DNA from: an uncultured Amylibacter sp.
GTDB lineage: Bacteria > Pseudomonadota > Alphaproteobacteria > Rhodobacterales > Rhodobacteraceae
DNA: 64,000 nucleotides
Assembly (NCBI GenBank): GCA_905181935.1
Contig: CAJIZV010000003.1
Location: 64,848 to 128,847, forward strand
Direction of reading: 5' to 3'
Positions 49,300 through 62,085 of this stretch are shown here, piece after piece. The position numbers and the translations under genes are program-made. Below the pieces are notes generated by a model. The model was not told the origin of the DNA, searched no databases, and saw only the letters and a list, made by a program, of their open reading frames with translations. Every line of letters begins with the position of its first letter. Within the stretch, counting starts at the first letter, position 1.

Positions 49300-49902
49300 T
49301 TTCCTTCAGATAATTATATCAATTCCGATTTGATTATTAAAAACTGCATGCAGTTTTTAATCATCCAATCGGATGGCGAACCTTCGGGTTCGATTTTACA
49401 TCGTTTAGAGAGCATATAAAACACGAGACGTAAGTTTCTTGTTTGAACCACTTCTTCGGGAGAGGTTAATAATTGAATATCTCAGGGCTGAAGAGCTTTG
49501 TGAAGCTAGGTTGTTAGCTGGTTCGCAGTACCATGGGTAACCATGGAGCATAAACAGACTAGGGTGACCAACCCACTGTGCATGTGCTGCTGGTGAGCGT
49601 TCCAGTGCGGTTCGCAAGCTAATCCAAAGATAATTTACAGTCTTTCCAAGTCAAATACACTAACCAAAGTCACAGTGAATTAGATCTACTGTGACATGAA
49701 GGGATGCTCGAAAGAGCATTCATTCGCTGGAATGTGCGTGACCTTCCTGCCAAGGGAAGGTTACATTTGAGTTCAAAATAAAATGTTGTTTTTGCAATTG
49801 CAAAACAAATGACGTGCTTATTGAAAGATAAGTGCTGATGAACAATTTTCTCAAAAAAATGACGACTTCTGTTTTAGAAATAGTCTAACTATTTCTGGAT
49901 CA

Positions 49903-52733
<2,831 letters not shown>

Positions 52734-52828
52734 TTGATCCAGTAATAGTCAGATTTGATATCTGCTATCTGGACAGAAGAGGAAAGTAACCTGCTAAGGC
52801 AGGGTCTCGTGTTCTTTAATTTTTTCTT

Positions 52829-52946
52829 GGTTTGGTGATCATAGCACCAGCAAAACACCCGATCCCATCCCGAACTCGGCCGTTAAGTGCGGTTGCGCTG
52901 ATGGTACTGCGTCTTAAGGCGTGGGAGAGTAAGTCATCGCCAAACC
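52829..52946 (+). rRNA. rrf: 5S ribosomal RNA
   Basis: GGTTTGGTGATCATAGC...CCCGATCCCATCCCGAACTCGGCCGTTAAG...GGGAGAGTAAGTCATCGCCAAACC. Confidence 0.9.
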
Positions 52947-52995
52947 TAGTAAGAATTAAAGAATAAGCTCTCCAATCGAATGTAATTACCAAAAC

Positions 52996-53020
52996 GGCCG
53001 CCTTAACGGGCGGCTTTTTT
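52996..53020 (+). terminator. intrinsic terminator after 5S rRNA
   Basis: Hairpin GGCCGCC-TTAAC-GGGCGGC followed by TTTTTTGTG. Confidence 0.65.
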
Positions 53021-53171
53021 GTGTCTATGGCCTACTTTATCAGTCCTATTACAATGATTGCCACAGCAGTTAGGTGATTGTTCCAATATTAAAAATACTT
53101 CAATAAACTATTAGTAATAGTTTATTGTTTGAGTGGTAGATTATTATATCTGAAATTTAGGAGTATTCATT

Positions 53172-54035
53172 ATGAAACCTGTAGGAGTAATGCCTATCCC
53201 AAAAGATGCACAAGAAAGAAGATCTATTGCTCCAGTAATCTGTTACCCTACTGATACTTTACCTAAACACGATGCAGCCTTTTATAAATTAGCGCAAAAG
53301 GGAATGGCCTTAATTAATAGTGTAATAGTCTTACCACGAGATGGTAACACGGTTGAGGTTACCGCTGGCCATATATTTAGAATTGTCTCAATGGAAGGCT
53401 CACAAGTAGGTGATTTAAATCTTTGGAATGCAAATGATTTAAATGAGAAATTTTATTCGGGTAAAACTCGAGCATTACATGGTACCCACGTTGGAGTAGG
53501 AGATAAATTATGGTCCTCGTTTCCGGCAATGCGCCCAATGGCTACTATTATAGCTGATACATTAGATTGGTACGGTTTTGATGAGGATGGCGCTTCAGTC
53601 CATGACGTAATTGGAACTCGATGTGATCCCTACACCAATAATATATTGTCAGGTGGCCAGTATCATTTATGTTGTCACTCAAACCTAACAAGAGCATTAG
53701 CGGCCTCACAAGGCTTATCATTGGAGCAAGCTGAACCATTAGTGCATGATGTATTAAATATTTTTATGTGTACTGGGTTTACAAAAAAGACGCATCAATA
53801 CTTCATGAAAGAAAGTCCTGTTCGACCTGGTGACTATATTGATTTTTTTGCCGAAATTGATTTACTTGTCGGATTATCTGCATGTCCAGGTGGAAACTGT
53901 GGGTCTAAACATTCTAGTAATGTGGCAAATTGTTATCCATTAGGAATAGAGGTTTATAAGCCAATGACTGATTTAAAAAAGTGGAAACACTCGAAGGTTA
54001 ATAGTTATGATGGAACGCACGGGCAAAAAAAATAG
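53172..54035 (+). CDS. DUF1989 (urea-carboxylase-associated-like) family protein
   Basis: The 287-aa ORF has an AGGAG SD sequence 8 nt upstream. Motifs (GDLNLW.., HD.IGTRCDPY, C.SNL..AL, DLLVGLSACPGG) fit my memory of DUF1989. Confidence 0.6.
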   Translation: MKPVGVMPIPKDAQERRSIAPVICYPTDTLPKHDAAFYKLAQKGMALINSVIVLPRDGNTVEVTAGHIFRIVSMEGSQVGDLNLWNANDLNEKFYSGKTRALHGTHVGVGDKLWSSFPAMRPMATIIADTLDWYGFDEDGASVHDVIGTRCDPYTNNILSGGQYHLCCHSNLTRALAASQGLSLEQAEPLVHDVLNIFMCTGFTKKTHQYFMKESPVRPGDYIDFFAEIDLLVGLSACPGGNCGSKHSSNVANCYPLGIEVYKPMTDLKKWKHSKVNSYDGTHGQKK

Positions 54036-54092
54036 TTTAAATATTTTGCATTTAGCCATTGTATACTCGGATGTAGAACGATACATCAAGCG

Positions 54093-54164
<72 letters not shown>

Positions 54165-54169
<5 letters not shown>

Positions 54170-54245
54170 AGTTAATGTAAACGCCGTCTCTAATGAGACG
54201 GCTTTTTGCATTCCAATTAGAGACGGCGTTTACATTAACTTGGTT
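54165..54245. repeat. 27-bp perfect inverted repeat (arms 54165..54191 and 54219..54245)
   Basis: AACCAAGTTAATGTAAACGCCGTCTCT and its exact reverse complement AGAGACGGCGTTTACATTAACTTGGTT. The left arm begins inside the tRNA-fMet 3' end. Confidence 0.85.
54183..54207 (+). terminator. intrinsic terminator after tRNA-fMet
   Basis: GCCGTCTC-TAAT-GAGACGGC followed by TTTTT. Confidence 0.6.
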
Positions 54246-54344
54246 ATGATCAATTAAATTGACACAAAGAATTATAATTTGTGCAGAGGCCTTTCTATTT
54301 TTAATAGGCTATTTCATAATACATTTTGAAATTAGGAAAACTTT

Positions 54345-55664
54345 ATGCGTAATATTTTAGTTTATATTTTTTTTATAACAAGTATGGGGCCTGTTGCTGC
54401 TGAATTGCCAGCACCTTTAACTAATGATGATTTTCGGCCTGTAAGTATAAAAGAAGCAAGCCTTGGACAACTATTGTTCTACGATCCGGTTCTATCTGGA
54501 AATAAGGAGGTTGCTTGCGCAACGTGTCACCACCCTAAATTTGGAACTGGGGATGGTCTTTCATTGTCTATTGGAGATGGAGGCAAGGGTATTGGACTTG
54601 ATCGTATTGTTGATCAAAGTAATCTTCCCGAACAAAGGGTTCCTCGTAATGCTCAACCTCTTTTTAACCTTGGTGCAAAGCAAATACGCATTCTCTTTCA
54701 TGATGGCCGAGTAGAAGTTGATATTTCGCGTCCCTCTGGTCTTCGCACGCCACTGGAAGAAGAAATGGTAAATGGATTTGCATCCATAGTTTCTGCTCAA
54801 ACTATGTTTCCTGTATTATCAGGGGATGAAATGGCTGGGCATTATTCAGAAAATGAAATCTCCGAAGCAGTACGCCGAGGCACATTAACAGGTGATGGTG
54901 GTGCATGGGACTTGATTTCAAAAAGAGTTAGATTGATTCCTGAGTATGCTGATCAATTTATGAAAGTTTATGACCACATCACCAAACCAAGTGAAATAGA
55001 GTTTACAGATATTTCAAATGCTATTGCTGCTTTTATGGAGTTCGAATGGCGCTCAGATACATCGCCTTATGATGCAGTTTTAAGTGGTAAAAATACACTC
55101 CCAAGGTTAGCTGACAAAGGGCTGAAACTATTTTATGGTGAGGCAGGTTGTGTAAGCTGTCATAGTGGAGCTCTTCTAACTGACCAAGATTTTCATGCCA
55201 TGGGTCAGCCCCAGCTTGGCCCAGGCAAAGCTGCACGTTTCCAAAATCATTCACGAGATGAAGGTCGATTTCGAGTTACTGGGTTAGATGCTGATAAATA
55301 TGCTTTCCGGACACCATCATTACGTAATGTAGCATTAACTGGACCATGGGGGCATGCAGGTGCTTTTAGTAATTTAAAGTCTTTTGTTTCTGCACATGCT
55401 GATCCTCGTGCAGCGTTAATTGATTATGATAGATCAGGTGTTATTTTGACTGACTTTAATACTGTTGATTGGGCTATTATGGACAACCCCGCTGAAGTTC
55501 AAGCTATTGCGGATGCGGTTCGTATTAAACCAGTAACTGTGTCTTCAGATGATGTTTTGGCACTTGTTGCTTTTCTTGAAAATTTAACTGACACTGCTGC
55601 TCAAAATGGACGACTTGGTATACCTAAATCTGTACCAAGTGGCCTTAAAGTGCCCACCCCCTAA
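54345..55664 (+). CDS. di-haem cytochrome c peroxidase family protein (CCP/MauG-like)
   Basis: Signal peptide plus two CxxCH haem motifs (CATCHH and CVSCHS). The 439-aa length fits. Confidence 0.8.
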   Translation: MRNILVYIFFITSMGPVAAELPAPLTNDDFRPVSIKEASLGQLLFYDPVLSGNKEVACATCHHPKFGTGDGLSLSIGDGGKGIGLDRIVDQSNLPEQRVPRNAQPLFNLGAKQIRILFHDGRVEVDISRPSGLRTPLEEEMVNGFASIVSAQTMFPVLSGDEMAGHYSENEISEAVRRGTLTGDGGAWDLISKRVRLIPEYADQFMKVYDHITKPSEIEFTDISNAIAAFMEFEWRSDTSPYDAVLSGKNTLPRLADKGLKLFYGEAGCVSCHSGALLTDQDFHAMGQPQLGPGKAARFQNHSRDEGRFRVTGLDADKYAFRTPSLRNVALTGPWGHAGAFSNLKSFVSAHADPRAALIDYDRSGVILTDFNTVDWAIMDNPAEVQAIADAVRIKPVTVSSDDVLALVAFLENLTDTAAQNGRLGIPKSVPSGLKVPTP

Positions 55665-57127
55665 GGGATAAGCGTAATAGTTTGGTTGGCGTCAGCTATA
55701 TGGTGAGTAATTAAACCATTTGGCCATTCAACAGCAATATCAACTGTTGTTAATTTACCTATGCCAAAATGTAGTGGTAATGATTGACCACCAGCATGTC
55801 CGCCACCAATTGATAGTTGTTGAATGTCTTTGCCAACTGTTATCCGTGCACCAATAGCGTTGATATTCCCACCTTCTTGATGCAACTTGACACCAAGCCA
55901 GTTACCTACAGTTTGAGTAATATTGCGGTAAATCTCCATTGGAGCTCGTCTATTTAAAACAAGAATATCAAGGCGGCCATCAAGGTCAAAATCTGCTACA
56001 GCTGCACCCCGACCTCGCTCCATGCTAGCAATACCAGCTGCAAGCCCTGCTTCGACAAATGTACCATCAGGCCCTTGCATAAGTAAATTATTTGGATCTT
56101 TAATTGCATTTGAGGGCATTTGATCAACGTTTCCTTTGGAAATAAAGAGATCAGGGCGGCCGTCATTATCCACATCTCCAAATTGTGCGTGCCAGCCAGT
56201 TGAGGGCCTGCCGTCATCGCCAACGTATGGCCGATGTGCATAAGTACCTTTCGAAAACGGTGCGTTGCTATAAGTCCCATCACTAGCGGCAATCTGTAAA
56301 AGTTGATCCCCCATAGATGTTAGAACCACTTCGTCACGACCGTCACCTGTAATGTCACGACTAGCAATGCCCATACCCCAAATAGAAAACCTATTCCAAC
56401 CATCGGATTCGTCTAGGAAGCGGCCTTCAGCAATATCCCACATTTGCTCGTAACCATCTCGAACATAATATTGCCGGTCGTTAGAAATCCGCAAGCGCAT
56501 GGTGCCACTAGCATCTCTGGTGGCTAGCATTGAAAGTGAGCAGAAGCCTGGCTCTAGTGATATTGAACCATAATTTCTGGCTGATGGTTTGAGCAATTGG
56601 TGCGTATCGCAAGCAAAGAAAGGTCCGTTCGGATCGCTTAAATCTACATAATTTCCAACAACCATATGGGGAAGTTCATCATCGCGCCACCATGCAGTAA
56701 ATGCTGTGGACCATTGGTCTTTTACTGGAATTCCAAATTCTGCAGTTGCATCTGTAAAGCTGCAATTTTCGCCACCTTTGAGAATAATATTTTTACCAAT
56801 TCGGAGTACAAACAGATCCATATAACCATCTGCATTAATATCGATTGGATAAGCGCCGGTAGTTCCCTTTATTTTAGGAATATCAAATTTTTCAAATTTA
56901 AAGGTGTCTTTATTTATAAATAGTGCCGCTTGCGCATCTCCCCCAGCGGCAAAAATATCAGGCAAAGAATCGCCATTGCAATCCATTACTGCAACGCCAC
57001 CCCCGACAAAATGATTCCACTCTCCTGAGTATGTATGGTGGGGTAAGTTACTAGAGAAATCTTGAAATAAAGGTGCTGCTAGACTTGGAGAGGCTAGGAA
57101 TGCTATTATTAAGACTATTTTTTTCAA
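55661..57127 (-). CDS. secreted FG-GAP/VCBS repeat protein with ASPIC/UnbV-like C-terminus (CRTAC1-like)
   Basis: Signal peptide MKKIVLIIAFLASPSLAAP and repeated D.(N/D)GD(G)..D(I/L) FG-GAP calcium-loop motifs. The TTG start overlaps the upstream stop. Confidence 0.7.
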   Translation of the reverse strand: MKKIVLIIAFLASPSLAAPLFQDFSSNLPHHTYSGEWNHFVGGGVAVMDCNGDSLPDIFAAGGDAQAALFINKDTFKFEKFDIPKIKGTTGAYPIDINADGYMDLFVLRIGKNIILKGGENCSFTDATAEFGIPVKDQWSTAFTAWWRDDELPHMVVGNYVDLSDPNGPFFACDTHQLLKPSARNYGSISLEPGFCSLSMLATRDASGTMRLRISNDRQYYVRDGYEQMWDIAEGRFLDESDGWNRFSIWGMGIASRDITGDGRDEVVLTSMGDQLLQIAASDGTYSNAPFSKGTYAHRPYVGDDGRPSTGWHAQFGDVDNDGRPDLFISKGNVDQMPSNAIKDPNNLLMQGPDGTFVEAGLAAGIASMERGRGAAVADFDLDGRLDILVLNRRAPMEIYRNITQTVGNWLGVKLHQEGGNINAIGARITVGKDIQQLSIGGGHAGGQSLPLHFGIGKLTTVDIAVEWPNGLITHHIADANQTITLIP

Positions 57128-58401
57128 ATTTTTTGTCGCCCCTGGATTACTACTGTTCTGGTTAATTCAGTTAGCGCTAGTGCTGTTGCTCCCTGTGCCC
57201 AAATCATATCCTCCCAAGACTGGATTTCAATCTTTGTTTCGTTGCGACTATGGAAAAGTGCAAGTTCACGCATTTCTGTTTGAATGCCTTCGTCATATAA
57301 AAAATCGTACCGCATAGGTTGGCCAGACAGAATAATTAACTTTGGATCGAAAAGATGAATAATATTGGATAGTGCCACGGCTAGGTAGCGGCCTGCTCGT
57401 TGAAAAATTGTACGGGTAATTTGGTCACCAGTAGCCGCTTTTTCATAAAGTTCTTTGAGAGCATCAGGTAGGTTTTGTGGTTTATCTAACGACATTCCCA
57501 GTACTGTTGATGCCTCTCGTGCAATGGCATAATCTGCAAGATATGCCTCTAGGCAACCACGCTGACCGCACCGACATAAGGCGCCATCAAGCTGAACTTT
57601 GGTATGGCCAAGCTCTAGGCCCATTCCATGTGCGCCACGAAATAGTTGATTGTCACTAACAAACCCCATTCCTACACCATTTTCTACGGTTACAACGGCA
57701 AAGTTATTTAGAGCACGACCCGCGCCGAACCAAAGCTGGGCAAGGGTAAGTACATTAGCGTCATTATCAATGCACACTAGGGTGTTAAAATGTGCTGAGA
57801 ATAAACTACCGAGAGGAATATCTAGGTCGTGTAGAAGTGGTGACCACGCAACGACACCTGTTTCATAATCTACGATTCCAGAAATACCAACGCCTATAGC
57901 TGAAATTGAATTTGGAGATATTTGCACAATTTTACAGAGCTTATTTATGAGACCTTCTGTTTCATTCAATAATTCATTTTGGGTTTTTTTATTGGCATTT
58001 GTTTTTTGCGCAGTGCGTGCAATAACGTTACCGCCAAAATCAGTTAATACTGCGGTATGATTTTCATCAGATAACTTAACGCCTACAACGTGAAGTGCTT
58101 CGGGGACCAACTCTAGTGCAACGGGAGGACGTCCCCGACTAGCTTCTCGCTCTAATCCTTCATCAACCTCGCGTAAAAAGCCATCTGTTATTAAATCAGC
58201 GGTTAATGAAGTTACTGACCCAGGGCTGACATCAAGCGTACGTGCTATTGTTGAGCGAGCTATACGGCCTCTTGCTCTTACTAATTCAAAAATTTGTTGC
58301 CGTAAGGAGTATGCTTCACGTGCTATAGGTCGGAGTATTGGGCCATACCCATCTGGTGAATTAATTAGTTTGTCTTTTCCAGCAGATTTTTTCACAGACA
58401 T
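57124..58401 (-). CDS. ROK family transcriptional regulator (XylR-like)
   Basis: N-terminal winged-HTH segment and a ROK sugar-kinase-like domain with the zinc motif C.CG..GCLE. It is divergent from xylFHG. Confidence 0.8.
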   Translation of the reverse strand: MSVKKSAGKDKLINSPDGYGPILRPIAREAYSLRQQIFELVRARGRIARSTIARTLDVSPGSVTSLTADLITDGFLREVDEGLEREASRGRPPVALELVPEALHVVGVKLSDENHTAVLTDFGGNVIARTAQKTNANKKTQNELLNETEGLINKLCKIVQISPNSISAIGVGISGIVDYETGVVAWSPLLHDLDIPLGSLFSAHFNTLVCIDNDANVLTLAQLWFGAGRALNNFAVVTVENGVGMGFVSDNQLFRGAHGMGLELGHTKVQLDGALCRCGQRGCLEAYLADYAIAREASTVLGMSLDKPQNLPDALKELYEKAATGDQITRTIFQRAGRYLAVALSNIIHLFDPKLIILSGQPMRYDFLYDEGIQTEMRELALFHSRNETKIEIQSWEDMIWAQGATALALTELTRTVVIQGRQKI

Positions 58402-58671
58402 TAATTCATTTCCTAAATTAAATATTACCCGATTCGTTATAACATAGATTAATTTTGTATCTTTTGAGTCGGTAAAAATTATAATTCGCTTATTTTATAT
58501 CATTATACGCAGATTTTACTATATTTTTTATTTATAATAATACTTTATATACAGACATTTAAAATTTAATTTGACAAGTGAATTAAATACATCATTATGT
58601 TTTAATGGCTTTTCGGTTACTGCAACTCTGTCGTTGTTGTTCTGGAGGCAAAACACTCTGGGAGGAATAAA

Positions 58672-59703
58672 ATGAATAAATTAATTTTAGCAGCTGCAGT
58701 AGTTGCAGCAGGTTTGACTGGGTTTTCTGCATTAGCAGATGGTCACGGTAAATCAATTGGCGTATCGTGGGCAAGTTTCCAGGAAGAACGTTGGAAGATT
58801 GATGAGGCAGCTATGGTTGCTGCTATTGAAGCTGCTGGTAATACATATGTTTCTGCAGACGCAGAATCATCATCTGCCAAACAACTTACGGACATTGAAG
58901 CGCTGATTACTCAGGGTGTTGATGCTCTTATCATTAACGCATGGGATAAAGATGCGATTGCACCAGCTATCGAAGCAGCTGCAAACGAAGGTATTCCTGT
59001 TGTTGGATATGACCGTCTGATCGAAGATGCACGTACTTTCTATCTTACATTCGATAATGTTGGCGTTGGCCGTATTATTGCTAAATCTGTTCAAGCTGTT
59101 CAGCCATCAGGTAATTATGCGATTATTAAAGGTGACGCAGGAGATCCAAACGCGATGTTCTTACTTCAGGGTATGATGGAAGTTATCGGTGACGACGTTA
59201 AATCTGGCAAAATCAAAATTGTTGGTGAATCTTTCACAGATAGCTGGAAGCCTGAAAATGCTCAGAAAAATATGGAGCAGATCTTAACGGCAAATAACAA
59301 CAATGTTGACGCTGTTCTTTCTGAAAATGACGGCATGGCTGGTGGCGTAGTAGCTGCACTTTCAGCACAGGGCCTTGTGATCCCAGTTGGTGGCCAAGAT
59401 GGTGACCTTGCTGCTATCAACAGAGTTGCACGTGGTTCACAAACAGTTTCAGTTTGGAAAGATGCACGTAACTTAGGTAAAGCTGCTGGTGAAATTGCTT
59501 CTGCTTTAGCTGCGGGTACTGCAATGTCAGACATTGAAGGTGCAACAATCTTCGATGGTGGTGAAAAAGGCATTGCACTTAATGCAATTCTAATGGACCC
59601 AACACCCCTTACACGCGACAACTTAAGTGTTGCAATTAAAGGTGGACATATCTCTAAAGAACAGGCTTGTGCAGGCGCAATCAGTGGTGTTGATGGCTGC
59701 TAA
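58672..59703 (+). CDS. xylF: D-xylose ABC transporter substrate-binding protein
   Basis: Signal peptide and a periplasmic-binding-protein type I sequence closely resembling XylF. The xylH/G/A genes lie downstream. Confidence 0.85.
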   Translation: MNKLILAAAVVAAGLTGFSALADGHGKSIGVSWASFQEERWKIDEAAMVAAIEAAGNTYVSADAESSSAKQLTDIEALITQGVDALIINAWDKDAIAPAIEAAANEGIPVVGYDRLIEDARTFYLTFDNVGVGRIIAKSVQAVQPSGNYAIIKGDAGDPNAMFLLQGMMEVIGDDVKSGKIKIVGESFTDSWKPENAQKNMEQILTANNNNVDAVLSENDGMAGGVVAALSAQGLVIPVGGQDGDLAAINRVARGSQTVSVWKDARNLGKAAGEIASALAAGTAMSDIEGATIFDGGEKGIALNAILMDPTPLTRDNLSVAIKGGHISKEQACAGAISGVDGC

Positions 59704-59718
59704 TTTAGTGTAAACGTC

Positions 59719-59747
59719 TGGCGCTAATCGTTAATTGATTAGCGCCA
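59719..59747 (+). terminator. intra-operon hairpin (attenuator) between xylF and xylH
   Basis: TGGCGCTAATC-GTTAATT-GATTAGCGCCA is a perfect 11-bp stem, followed by an imperfect T-rich tract. Confidence 0.5.
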
Positions 59748-59844
59748 AACATTATTTTGAATTATATGTTTAATTATTGTTGAGCCCTAATAGTCATCGG
59801 TATTTTTCGTTGACCTTGCTCCAATAAATTAACTTCTAAAGGTG

Positions 59845-61173
59845 ATGGATTTACCCATGAATGATACTACTTCCTCCAAGAATGCTGATGATAGCTCAAA
59901 GAGTATTATTTCGCGTTTCATAACTGCTACAGAAATTGACCCGCGCCTATTAGGAATGCTTGGAGCATTAGCACTAATTTGGTTTGGGTTTCATTTTTAT
60001 GGTGTCATTTTTAATGATTTTGGAGCATTTTTAACTCCACGAAACTTATGGAATCTTTCTGTACAAACTTCATCAATTGGGATTATGGCAACAGGCATGG
60101 TGCTCGTTATAGTCACGCGCAATATTGATTTATCTGTAGGCTCCATGATTGGTGTTATCGCGATGGCTATGGGACTATTGCAGGTTGAGGTTTTGCCACA
60201 GTTCGTGGGAATTGGGCATTGGTCAATTTCAATAATTGCAGTGATAGTTGGTTTGATATTTGGAACACTGATTGGTGCTATTCACGGATGGTTAATAGCC
60301 TATCGTGAAATTCCAGCATTTATTGTTACACTTGGTGGCCTAATGGTCTGGCGTGGCATGGCATTCTTGTCTGGAGGGGGGCGCACTATATCTCCAGTAG
60401 ACCCTAGCTTTGCATTGCTTGGTGGAGGGCCATATGGAGCAGTTGGTGCAAGTGTAAGTTGGGTCATTGGAGGCCTTGCTTGTTTTGGGGTTGGATACAT
60501 AATCTATTCTGGGCGTCAGTCACGCATTAAACATGATTTTCATTTACGCCCAATGTGGGCTGAAATGATGTTAACGGCAGTCGGTTGGGCATCAATAATT
60601 GGGGCCGTTATTTTGGTAAACTCATACCCATGGCCTAAAGGTATTGTACGACAATATGGTGCGAAGGTAGGGCAAGACCTTGAAGGAACATTTATTAGCC
60701 ATGGTTTTGCAGTCCCAGTATTAATCCTTGTAGCTGTAGGTATTGGTATGACTATTTTAATGACACGTACTCGTTTTGGACGCTACGTTTTCGCCATAGG
60801 TGGTAACCCAGAAGCAGCGGCATTGGCTGGTATTGATACAAAATGGGTAACAATGAAAGTGTTTGCCTTGATGGGAATGCTCACAGCAATTGCTTCTGTT
60901 ATTGCTTCAGCACGGCTAAACTCAGCAACTAATGCATTAGGAATATTAGATGAACTATATGTGATTGCGGCAGCTGTAATCGGTGGAACGTCATTAGCTG
61001 GTGGTATTGGAAAAATATATGGTGCCATCTTGGGGGCTTTAGTAATGCAAAGCCTACAATCGGGGATGGTTTTGATTGGTTTTGATAGTGCTATTCAAAG
61101 GATAGTTGTTGGCGTGGTACTCGTACTCGCAGTTTATCTTGATATTGTTTACAATAAACGTGTGAAGAAGTGA
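59845..61173 (+). CDS. xylH: sugar (xylose) ABC transporter permease
   Basis: A multi-TM protein of about 440 aa in the XylH/CUT2 permease family. The start is ambiguous (GTG 59842, ATG 59845, ATG 59857). Confidence 0.8.
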   Translation: MDLPMNDTTSSKNADDSSKSIISRFITATEIDPRLLGMLGALALIWFGFHFYGVIFNDFGAFLTPRNLWNLSVQTSSIGIMATGMVLVIVTRNIDLSVGSMIGVIAMAMGLLQVEVLPQFVGIGHWSISIIAVIVGLIFGTLIGAIHGWLIAYREIPAFIVTLGGLMVWRGMAFLSGGGRTISPVDPSFALLGGGPYGAVGASVSWVIGGLACFGVGYIIYSGRQSRIKHDFHLRPMWAEMMLTAVGWASIIGAVILVNSYPWPKGIVRQYGAKVGQDLEGTFISHGFAVPVLILVAVGIGMTILMTRTRFGRYVFAIGGNPEAAALAGIDTKWVTMKVFALMGMLTAIASVIASARLNSATNALGILDELYVIAAAVIGGTSLAGGIGKIYGAILGALVMQSLQSGMVLIGFDSAIQRIVVGVVLVLAVYLDIVYNKRVKK

Positions 61174-61943
61174 TGGGAAATAATATGGCTAATGTAGGCA
61201 CTCCTCTAGTAGAATTAAAAGACATCTCAATTTCATTTGGTGGTATTAAAGCAGTAGATAGGGTAAGTGTTGACCTTTATCCCGGTGAAGTTGTTGGTCT
61301 TCTTGGCCACAATGGAGCGGGTAAATCGACACTAATCAAGTGTTTGTCTGGGGCTTACACAGCAGATTCTGGTGAAGTTTTTATCAATGGTGAGAAGGTA
61401 ATTATCAATAACCCTCGAGATGCTCGCGATCAAAATATTGAAACTATCTATCAGACACTTGCGTTGGCAGATAATCTTGATGCTGCTTCTAACCTTTTTT
61501 TGGGACGTGAGTTAGTAACTAAATCTGGCTTTCTTGATGAAAGTAAGATGGAAGCAGAAACACGCAAAATTATGGCTCGCCTTAATCCAAATTTTCAAAA
61601 ATTTGATGTACCTGTTTCAGCCCTATCGGGTGGTCAGCGCCAATCTGTAGCAATTGCACGGGCAGTTTATTTTGATGCAAAAATCTTAATTATGGATGAA
61701 CCAACTGCTGCACTTGGTCCTCAGGAAACAGAAATGGTTGCTGAACTTATTCAAGAGCTAAAGAATCAAGGACTTGGTATTTTCTTAATCGAGCATGACA
61801 TTCACCATGTTATGAATCTTTGTGACCGTGCCAGTGTAATGAAGAACGGTCTTCTGGTTGGAACTGAACGTGTTGAAGATGTAACTGAGGATGATATTCT
61901 ATCAATGATCATTCTTGGAAAAAACCCAAAAAGAGCAAAGTAA
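61173..61943 (+). CDS. xylG: sugar ABC transporter ATP-binding protein (single NBD)
   Basis: Walker [10 protein letters not shown], signature LSGGQRQ and Walker B ILIMDEPT. The ATG overlaps the xylH stop (TGATG). Confidence 0.8.
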   Translation: MGNNMANVGTPLVELKDISISFGGIKAVDRVSVDLYPGEVVGLLGHNGAGKSTLIKCLSGAYTADSGEVFINGEKVIINNPRDARDQNIETIYQTLALADNLDAASNLFLGRELVTKSGFLDESKMEAETRKIMARLNPNFQKFDVPVSALSGGQRQSVAIARAVYFDAKILIMDEPTAALGPQETEMVAELIQELKNQGLGIFLIEHDIHHVMNLCDRASVMKNGLLVGTERVEDVTEDDILSMIILGKNPKRAK

Positions 61944-62085
61944 AGTCTGTTATTTTGCTAGATTTAGGTATTGTATATTTAGAAGCAATGTCGTCGACAA
62001 TATTATTTAAAAACATTTATGCAGGTGTGGCTAGCATTGCTTTACAGCTGCTAAGGCTTTTAACGTATTATAATTGAGGTATACT

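Noticed and set aside
54262-54290. TTGACA ... TATAAT upstream of the cytochrome c peroxidase gene as a sigma-70 promoter
   Set aside because: The two hexamers are only 8 nt apart, which is incompatible with a functional -35/-10 pair.
58560-58610. ATTTAATT-N9-AATTAAAT inverted repeat as a candidate XylR operator in the xylR/xylF divergent region
   Set aside because: The arms are pure A/T in a very AT-rich 270-bp spacer, so this could easily arise by chance. I found no second copy in front of xylA.
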